A stretch of 64,000 nt of DNA from Tubulanus polymorphus (lineage: Eukaryota; Animalia; Nemertea): NCBI RefSeq assembly GCF_964204645.1, contig NC_134036.1, forward strand, positions 1,488,001 to 1,552,000, read 5' to 3'. This document shows positions 55,284 to 64,000 of the stretch, piece by piece. The first letter of the stretch is position 1. Every line of letters begins with the position of its first letter. Below the pieces are notes generated by a model. That model was given only the letters and a program-made list of their open reading frames with translations, was not told the DNA's origin and did no database searches. The position numbers were made by a program, and so were the translations under genes.

Positions 55284-55496
55284 TTATATAAACAAAATGA
55301 AATAACAGAAAAACAGAGAAACCGCGGAGTAAATCATCATATTCATCGTAAAGGTGGCAGCACTGTTACACATGTTGAAATCTTCACAGCAGAGCACCTT
55401 GACCTTCTTGTCACCGACCAGCCACTCCTCTTGGCATTTACCAGGATTCTGAGGCATACAACCTTTGATAACCAGACTTTTTTTGTACATGAATTC
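55284..55496 (-). CDS. Paralog 2 exon 4 (open frame, LU C-terminus + GPI signal)
   Basis: ttttcag|EFMYKKSLVIKGC...LCCEDFNMCNSAATFTMNMMIYSAVSLFFCYFILFI*. Confidence 0.75.
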   Translation of the reverse strand, partial: EFMYKKSLVIKGCMPQNPGKCQEEWLVGDKKVKVLCCEDFNMCNSAATFTMNMMIYSAVSLFFCYFILFI

Positions 55497-56024
55497 CTGA
55501 AAATTGAAAACAAACCAAATCTGTAAAAAAAACATAGTTATAATAGCGATGTGAGTTATGAATCTTTAAGTGCATTTTCTCTCATGATTCTGTTGAGGAC
55601 CACATGGGCCACATGGGCAAAACGCAGTGAGACTTGGTCCAAACCATTTGACAATGCTGGAAGTCACCATTTTGATAGGATAACATTTTTCGGTATGGCC
55701 GTTTTTTATCATTAATTTTCTCATATATCTATGAGGCTTATTTCGACATATTTCACCGGTCCATGGAATTCTGCTTGATTCTTGGAGATTTGTCTCATCT
55801 CGGACACTCCTCTCAGGAGAGAGGCCTTCACCCTAGATACCCCTCTCAGGAGAGAGGCCTCCACCCCGACACGCCTCTCAGGAGAGGGGCCTCACTCCGG
55901 ATACCCCTCTCAGGAGAGGGGCTCCAACCGGGACACACTTTTCCTGGAGAGGGGCCTCACCCCGGAATCCCTTCCCTGGCGAGACACGACCCTCCCAGAC
56001 GGAACCGTAATGCTCTACACTTAC

Positions 56025-56212
56025 CACGCATTCATGTTTTTTGGGGCAATCGATCCCGATTATGTTATCCATAAAGAACTGGTACCTATCATTGTTAAGT
56101 TCCATGGAGTCAGACTTTCGATCATCATCGTCCCATATAGTGCGCGTGCATTCCTTGGTGAAATATGGCTGTTTACCAGTTCCGTTTGCGGTTTTCGGAT
56201 CAAGCATTCCAA
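56025..56212 (-). CDS. Paralog 2 exon 3 (open frame)
   Basis: cctcag| 188 nt |gtaagt; GMLDPKTANGTGKQPYFTKEC...GIDCPKKHECV. Confidence 0.7.
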
Positions 56213-57062
56213 CTGAGGTAAAAATAAATAAATTGGTTAGACTCGTACTAGGGAGTATAAAGGGACTAGTAGGGGACTCGTGATGAGTAGTATAAAGGGA
56301 CCAGTAGGGGACTCGTGATGAGTAGTATAAAGGGACTAGTAGGGGACTCGTGATGAGTAGTATAAAGGAACTAGTAGGGGACTCGTGCTTGGGACTAGTA
56401 GGAGACTCGTGATAGGAGTATGACCTCTGGGCACGGTTCTGCGGCAGTGTCCCGCGTGATGGTTCTAATCCCCGTAAGGCTGTGGGGCAGGGGATCTTCA
56501 CTGACACAGGATCTTTGCTATCACGCGCGATCCTAACTAAGTGCGGGATTTCCTATAAAAACTAATCCCATTATCGACATGGAATAAGAAGATGTTGAAT
56601 TTCTCGCTGCTGACCGACACAATGAATAAATAATCAAAATATAGTAAAAACAACTTACGTCCATTTGCAAATGTGTCCATAAGATCATAGAATGCCTCAT
56701 ATTTTCTGTCACTAAATCTGTCAGTAAATACAAGCGGCACAGGTGAGATTAGCAGGACGACCTGCAGTGCCTGAAAATTAGATTACAACGTTGTATCAGA
56801 ATTGAGGGAATGTGATTTTCCTGATCGAAACCTCTTAGGGTTAATTAAATTACGAACAATTGCTTCGATAAAATGTTTTGTAAGGGACTGCAAAATATGT
56901 AAAATACAAACTTACCCTGAGCTAACAGAACCAACAGAACTGCTGTAACCGTAATAAACTGTATCAGTTCCATCCTGTCGTCTTTTGAAGTTTCAGCAAT
57001 TCCACTGCTTTGATAGCTTTGATAAAACCTTTTTGAGAACTGTTTATAAAATACAAACTTAC

Positions 57063-57120
57063 CCTGAGCTAACAGAACCAACAGAACTGCTGTAACCATA
57101 ATAAACTGTATCAGTTCCAC
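57063..57120 (-). other. Second (upstream) copy of paralog 2 exon 1 with ATG changed to GTG
   Basis: GTG GAA CTG ATA CAG TTT ATT ATG GTT...CAG G|GTAAGT, near-identical to 56916-56973. Confidence 0.8.
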
Positions 57121-57200
57121 CCCCTCGTCTTCCTAAGTTCAGTGACAAAACCGTTTAGATGATCTCTGTAGCGACTGTTACCACAAGAGTTTGAACCACA

Positions 57201-57230
57201 AACTGATCAGTCGGATTGGAGATTTATATA
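57201..57230 (-). promoter_or_regulatory. TATA box + initiator of paralog 2
   Basis: TATATAAATCTCCAATCCGACTGATCAGTT. Confidence 0.6.
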
Positions 57231-59874
57231 GTTAGACCGAGGATACCGTTTAGGCTGCTAACGAATTTATCAGGACACTGGCGGTAACGGCTTCACGAGA
57301 TAAAGAATTCATTTACATTTGTTAAATCAATAGATCAGCTGGTCCAGTTACTGTTTTGGCTTCCGAAGAATTCGTGTTCTATCTGAACCGGTACAGGTTT
57401 GTCATGAAATAATTCATTTATTTATATCCAAAACAATAAACGTTATGGTTACTTGCCTTAGATTTTTCCAGTCTCGAAAGCGATGCTAAAAGAAAACGTT
57501 CGATTCAAAATTCAAATTAACGGTAACAGTTTGTCGAGATAAAGAATTCATTTATATAATTTATATATTTTACAGATATTTAAAAGGAAGCTTCGTATAC
57601 TAAAGATATCTTGACATTAGTGACACAAAAATAGTTAACCTAATGTTTAAGTTTAGATGCGACAGTCACAATCTTAGGATTGAAACAGGTAGATGGAAAC
57701 GCCGAGAGAAAACCGCACTTGTACAACTTGCTCCACTGACGAAATTGAGGACTAACATCACGTTCTCACGTCCTGCCCCTCATACAACTCGCTTCGAAGT
57801 AATCTCGTTATTTTAGAACGCATCCTAGCATGGCAAAATTCATTCAACTTCTAACTACTAATTCGATATGAAAACTTAGAGATATGCTTAAGAGATATTT
57901 AAAGAGATATGTTGGAAGATATTTGATTTCAATGCTCAGAAGACGGAGAACGCTTCGAGGCGACGAAACCGAGTAAATACAGCTACCCAATCAACTTGAT
58001 ATTTCCGTTTTTTTTCAACATGTAATTTTGTATTAAATTATTTTGTTGAAATTTGTAATTTTGATTATCCGTCATACAAGTGTACACACTTTGATGAAGA
58101 ATAAACTATATTAAATATAAAAAGACGTGAAATTCCGTTATTGGAGATTGACAAAAAAGTTGCTTTTTCAACTGATGAAAACGTTGTAATAAACGGACAT
58201 TTTTTATCATAAGTTGGATAACAGATTTGATGGAGTTTGAAATGATTGCCGAGGTGGGAAAGATAGTTCCCACCGCCATTTTTGCAAGTGACGCTATTTT
58301 CTGAACGGAACCGACAAATATATCCAGTAGAACAGCCATTGGCCACCGCAAGTTTTTGTTAGTGAAGTCGCAGTGGAAAATATGCTTTAATCACCATGTA
58401 TCTGAACTTAAAAATAAGAGGGCGGCGGGATTATTGATGGAGAATTTCGGGTAGGGGTTCATCCAGGAAGGTCAAGGTTTGAACAAAATCAACTAAAAGG
58501 AATTAAACAAAAACAGGAAATAATTTTCGTGCATTTAATTAAGCAATAACTTTTACTCTATCGCGTGAAAATGGATTTAAACGCTTTATTCATAACGAAA
58601 CACTTCAAAACAAAAAATCTGAACTAAAAATTGATTAATTTGAATGAAAAATATTAATCTGAATCAATAGAATTGAGACGATTACAAGATTGAGGAATAA
58701 ACACATTCAAAATGAAACTCAAATCTTCAAAACTTTAATATTTGTTTTAGAAATTTAATTATTTGAATCTCTTAACACAAAATAAATCAATAATCAAGAT
58801 ATAATTTTACATTGAAATGAAAGAGATATGAAATAAAGAGCTTATAACAATAATGTGTGTTCATCTATTGATATCTGAGCATATGCAAAACTGAATTAAA
58901 CAAAAATCGAAATGAGCAAGTCAAACATGTTTGAATGTGTTGAAATATCTATGTAAAATCCCAAAGAATGAATCATAATTTTCTTTTAACGAGTTTGAAT
59001 ATATAAAACATTAACAGACTCTAATTAATTGAATTAGAATCAGAATTTTAACGCATACAGAATAAACGACAATTGATCTATCGCAAACACATTGCGAGCT
59101 GATTCACTTTTGATATTTGTAAACAGATTTAAAATGTTGTACTTGTACTTCAACAAACAGATTGTCAGAACAAATTCAAAAATTAAGACAATTACAAGAT
59201 TAACACTACGTGCAATATTAAATATAGAGAGATATTAAATAAAATGCCTGCAACAATAATGTGTGTAAATCGATTGATATCTGAACAAATGCAAAACTGA
59301 ATTAAACAAAAATCAAACATGTCAACATAAATTAAATTTGCGAAACAAAATCATATTTGATTGAATTCGAATCGGAATTTTTACCCTATGAAATAAACGA
59401 AAATGTAATCTGTAACAAACCCAACTCGGGCTGAGTTACTTTTGATAACTGAAAAAGAAAATACTCAACAGATTTGAACCGTCAGTCAGAACGAATTCGT
59501 TCGATATTTCTAGAATGGCATTCTTTGCCGTGTACGTAAGAATCTAATGTGAAACTCGAATCAGAACAGAATCTAAAGCAATCAATATTTAGCACTATGG
59601 ATGATTATAAATTCGTAAATTTCTAAGCATGAAAACAAATTGATTAAATATTTCTAGAATGACATTCTTTGCCGTGTATATAATAAGTATATAATATGAA
59701 ACTCGAATCGGAACAGAATCTAAAGCAATAAATATTTACTTCTAAGATTAAAAAAATCTTCCAAAATATAAATCCGATCATTAATTTAATCATTCGTTTT
59801 ACACTAAGCCTAAAAAGCGAAATATATGTTTCAATTTCCGGTAGGGGGCGTGCGAGTCGAATTTACAGAATCAA

Positions 59875-60087
59875 TTATGTAAACAAAATGAAATAACAGA
59901 AAAACAGAGAAACCGCGGAGTAAATCATCATATTCATCCTAAAGGTGGCAGCACTGTTGCACATGTTGATTTCGTCACAGCAGAGCACCTTGAAGTCCCT
60001 GCCATTGATCTCCACAGTAGATTGACATTTACCAGATAGCTCGGGCATACAACCTCGAATGACCGCATCATTTCTGTACTGGATTTC
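59875..60087 (-). CDS. Paralog 3 exon 4 (RGC...CC...CN + GPI signal)
   Basis: ttttcag|GAA ATC...ACA TAA, 213 nt. Confidence 0.88.
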   Translation of the reverse strand, partial: EIQYRNDAVIRGCMPELSGKCQSTVEINGRDFKVLCCDEINMCNSAATFRMNMMIYSAVSLFFCYFILFT

Positions 60088-61625
60088 CTGAAAATAGTAA
60101 AGAAAACTTACAAATTAGCTTAAAGCCTCAGCCCGGACCCCCCTCCCAGTAGAGATGCGAATTGTACACCTTTCAGTGATGTTTTTCATACGATTATTTG
60201 TGGAGGGTCACGTGAGAATTTTATGCAAAACAAGTTGAAAGTTGCAAGACGCCATTTTGTTCGGCTCATTTTACCCGGTATCGTCGTATTTTCCAATTCC
60301 ATTTTCCAGAGGCTGATTTTATCATATTATATATATTATGCTCATTCGATCATGGATATCTTAAATCCGTTCTCCTAGAAGAGAGAGGCCTCATCCCGGG
60401 AAACCCCAGGAGATTGGTTTCACCGCAACACTCTTCCCAGGAGGGGATTTTCCATCCCGGAAACCCCAGGGCCTGGTTTCATAGACTGAGTATCAAAGTT
60501 ATCCCCAGGGGTAAATCCTCAATCTGGGTGACAACCACCATGGTTACAATGAGAAACCATGGTAATAACTGACAAATTTCAAAATGTTCCCAGGGACTAT
60601 TTTTCTTCCACATCTATGAAACCCAGCCCAGGAGATTGGTTTCACCGCAACACTCTTCCCAGGAGGGGATTTCCCATCCCGAGCACCCCAGGAGATTGGT
60701 ATCACCGCAACACCCTCCCCAGGAGAGAGGTCTCACTACAGACACCCCCTCCAGGGTCAGAAATAGACCCTCCGCGGAGTTGCTATGTATTGTCCTATAC
60801 TCACCATGCATTCGTGGTTTACGGGGCAATCGATACCGGTTATGTTATTCAAGAAGAACTGATACTCTTTTTCAACGCGTTCCAGATCGTCTTGATCTTT
60901 AGGGTCATTCCACATATTTCGCATGCATTCCTTTGTGTTATAAGGCGTTTTAGCAGTCGTCCAGTCAATAACATCCTGATCAAGCATTCCAACTGTAACA
61001 AGAAAACCGACTTGAAAGTTTATTGACGCCTTGATAAACTAACATACATATACCGCTTAATATCGTCGACAATAAATGTCATAATATAATGAAATGATAT
61101 TAAGGATCGACAAATTTAATGTGGATTTGAATTACACATTAGTTCAGTGAGACAAGGCGCGATGCTGTATCATCCACTAACAGCGCTGAGTGTGACAAGT
61201 GGGTTCGAGTCCTGCTGGCTACCTACAGCGCGCGGGCAGCACTTTCAAAGGTCGAGGTCCCGTCGTATCAGGCGCGGATCCAGAGGGGGGTTTCAGGGGT
61301 CGTCACCCCCCCCCCCCTGCTCAGCTACCAAAAAAAATTTTGTAATCATTTTCTTGAAGGAATGTACGCATGTCCTCTGAGACAAAGCGAACAGTATCAC
61401 ATAATCGATACCATATCATCTTATGTTTGGCCAAACAATATGCCGTAGGCCCCCCCCTATCAGAGATTTTTAGTCGGCGGATTTACATTAACATTTTGTT
61501 TGGCCAAACAATATGCCGTAGGCCCCCCCTATCAGAGATTTTTAGTCGGCGGTTTAACATTAACATTTTGTTTGGCCAAACAATATGCCGTATAATAATA
61601 ATGATAAAAATAATAATAATAATAA

Positions 61626-61656
<31 letters not shown>

Positions 61657-62382
61657 AATAATAGGCATTTAAAGAACGCACTACATTACGCATCTCAGTG
61701 CGATTTACAATAAGAAAAGGGAGTAAAAAAACAAGTAAAAATGCAAAAAAAATGTTCTTTATGTTTTATGTTTAGATTTAAAATCAATGTTATTACAGTA
61801 ATTCCGAAGATTAAGAGTCGTATTATTGTCGACAGTTAAGGTGAACGGGGCGCGGGGTTTCCGCTGACACAGGAACCTTGTTATAGTCTCACGATCTTTA
61901 TACTTCTATTTTAACTAAAAAAGGGTTTCGTATTAATTTCATAGAAACCTAGAAACAACTTACGTTCATTGGCAAAGTCTCTCATATCATCATAGATAGC
62001 CTTATCTCCATCATAGTAAATACAAATGGCACAAATCAGTTTATCGGGACGCACTGCATTGCCTGAAAATTAGATTACAACCTATCACAGAATTGAAGAT
62101 GATTGATCCCTGTTAAAATTAGTAAGTCATCGAATTGTTGCAGTTGTCACAATTTTTGAGTCACAAATTTGTAAGTCGTCATTTTAATAAGTCGTTTCAA
62201 CTCGATCCCGGCCTCGCTATGAGACTTGACCGAATTCGAATTTATATATGTAATAAACAAATGATAAATAGCTTTGATAGCTTTGATAAAGTTTTTGAGA
62301 ACTATTTATAAAATACAAACTTACCCTGAGCTACCAAAACCAACAGAACTGCTGTAACCGTAATAAACTGTATCAGTTCCAT
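59875..62382 (-). CDS. Ly6/uPAR (three-finger, LU-domain) GPI-anchored protein, paralog 3, intact, 185 aa, 4 exons
   Basis: Exons 62382-62325, 62062-61964, 60992-60805 and 60087-59875 have GT-AG boundaries, phases 1,1,0, and total 558 nt. Protein: [185 protein letters not shown]. It has a signal peptide, LxCxxC, RGC, CCx5CN and a hydrophobic GPI-type tail. Confidence 0.88.
60805..60992 (-). CDS. Paralog 3 exon 3
   Basis: ttacag| 188 nt |gtgagt; overlaps ORF 60757..60987. Confidence 0.85.
61180..61272 (+). mobile_element. SINE-like dispersed repeat (other copies at 49485-49575 on + and 31515-31590 on -)
   Basis: Shared gggttcgagtcctgctgg...cagcgcgcggg...aaaggcc/tcg...ccgtcgt. Confidence 0.5.
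61590..61712 (-). mobile_element. 3' tail of an L2/CR1-type LINE or partner SINE with (AAT)n
   Basis: (AAT)n followed by gcatttaaagaacgcac...ctcagtgcgatttacaa resembles the reverse-complemented stem-loop tail of L2-clade elements. Confidence 0.4.
61964..62062 (-). CDS. Paralog 3 exon 2 (LICAIC)
   Basis: attttcag| 99 nt |gtaagt, phase 1-1, open frame. Confidence 0.85.
62325..62382 (-). CDS. Paralog 3 exon 1 (signal peptide)
   Basis: ATG...CAG G|GTAAGT, 58 nt, same length in all paralogs. Confidence 0.85.
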
Positions 62383-62462
62383 CCTGTCGTCTTCCTAAGT
62401 CCAGTGACGAAACCGTTTAGATGATCTCTGTAGCGACTGTTACCACAAGAGTTCGAACCACA

Positions 62463-62492
62463 AACTGATCAGTCGGATTGGAGATTTATATA
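62463..62492 (-). promoter_or_regulatory. TATA box + initiator of paralog 3
   Basis: Identical TATATAAA...TCAGTT block about 85-110 nt upstream of the ATG. Confidence 0.6.
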
Positions 62493-64000
62493 GTTAGACC
62501 GAGGATACCGTTTAGGCTGATGAAGAATTCGTATTATATTATCTGGATATTGGTGGTAACGGCTTCGCGAGATAAAGAATTCATTTATGCATCTGATTAT
62601 TACAAATAAAATGAATTAATCAAGAACACAATAAACTTTATGATAATTTTCGATATATTTCTCAACTTTCATCACACGAATTGAGTGATATTACATAGTT
62701 TGGAGATTGGTAACGGTTTTAACGAGATTATGACTTAAATTTATATCCATTATTACAATTAAAATGAATTAATGGAAAATTCAATTCTAGTCTAGATAAC
62801 TTTTATTATATTTTCAATTTTCTTTGTTGCATTCTGTTTGTAGGATAAAAGGCGTTGCTAACGGAAAAAAAACCCAAATTAACGGACAAAAATTAAAATT
62901 TTCAGAGCGAAGGAGCTGTAATTGTTGAGAGTCAACGGTTACAATTCGTCGAGTTAAAGAATTCATTTTTATAAGCAACAAGACTTAAAATCCTATGAAT
63001 CGACATTGAATCGACATTGCCTGAGTGTAGGGGGCGTATGTTATAGAGATATATTGTGAAATATTGGAATTCGTTTTAAATCTGTTTGTGTCGGCGGCAC
63101 TAGTCGTTTTCTCAATCCGGTGCTTGTCCATCGCGGGTTGTGCGAATATAAAAAAAAAACAAATTTAGCCAAAACCCAGCTATAGCGATGTGAGTTATGA
63201 ATCTGTAAGTGCATTTGCTGTCATGATTCTGTTGAAGACCACATGGGCCACATGGACACCACGCAGTGAGACTTGGTCCAAAACTATTTGACAATAGTCT
63301 ATGCTGCTCACTGATAATTGACGCCGCCATTTTTGCAAGTGACACTATTTACATCGGTTAGAACACCCATTGTCTACCACGAGATTTTCTTTTTTTTTTG
63401 ATGTTGCAGTGGAAAAAAATGTTTTAATCATCATTTGTATCTATTGTTAAACCGGTCACAATCATCTCCTTATCGGTCCCTGGCGAGAGAACAAGTCCGC
63501 GCACAAACCCAAATAATTAACTATAAATACCGGAATTCTGATTGATGATGATAATATAAATGAAGTTTATTTACCTTAAACGGTTTGTTATGATCGTCCA
63601 GCCAAAAAATACTATCCATGACTAAGAGTAAGAAATATTAAAAAGATACGTCTTAAGTTGAGATCTAAAAGAATCTAGACCTGGACTAAAATGTAAATAT
63701 GGTGGTAATTTATTCCAAAGATATGGAGCACAGTAATAAGAGGCCCTATGACCAGCGGATAAAAGTTATAAAAAGATTCTGAATGTTTGCCAGATAATGC
63801 AGCAGAAGAACCGAGAAAGGATTATTCTTACACCAGGCTGATTTATGGTCAGCGCCGATAGATTAAATCATCAAACAACAACTTGCTTACTACCATCGTT
63901 TGTTGTATGACACCCATTAATAACCACCAACGCATACAGGAAATTAACATTATTACAAACATTTTTAGTTCCTACGAAATCTTGCTGCGGATCACTGCTT

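Larger units (their letters stand above)
55284..56973 (-). pseudogene. Ly6/uPAR three-finger protein paralog 2, frameshifted in exon 2 (probable pseudogene or null allele)
   Basis: Exons 56973-56916 (MELIQFITVTAVLLVLLAQG), 56770-56659, 56212-56025 and 55496-55284. Exon 2 is 112 nt rather than 99 and reads GTAGRPANLTCAACIY-TGA. The homologous remainder (EAFYDLMDTFANG) is in another frame. Exons 3 and 4 are open with all cysteines retained. Confidence 0.75.

Noticed and set aside
56715-56730. In-frame TGA in paralog 2 as selenocysteine
   Set aside because: It is followed by further stops and a frameshift, and does not align with a conserved Cys
61270-61590. Intact hAT-like MITE starting CAGGCGCGGATCCAG in intron 2 of paralog 3
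   Set aside because: No matching right TIR or TSD was found; at most a truncated fragment followed by a ~75-bp duplication

Overview
AT-rich, intron-containing eukaryotic DNA, inferred to be from an invertebrate animal. It is dominated by satellites, non-autonomous transposons and tRNA-derived SINE fragments, and most long ORFs in the track are tandem-repeat artefacts. The best-supported genes are a tandem cluster of three minus-strand, four-exon paralogs (51.5-62.4 kb). They encode signal peptide + 10-Cys Ly6/uPAR (three-finger) domain + GPI-anchor signal, with an unusually enlarged first finger (about 40 and 32 residues between Cys2-Cys3 and Cys3-Cys4). Copy 1 carries two alternative in-frame versions of exon 2. 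Copy 2 has a duplicated exon 1 and a 13-nt frameshifting duplication (probable pseudogene). Copy 3 is intact. Other notable structures: an ~18 kb inverted duplication (arms ~31.5-35.1 kb and ~41.4-49.6 kb), each arm holding a near-identical 181-nt exon-like island and an independently expanded 51-bp satellite; a complete 1.4 kb foldback element with an 8-bp TSD (24751-26168); and an orphan symmetric 6-Cys exon (10971-11135). All gene models were spliced by eye and have no transcript support.
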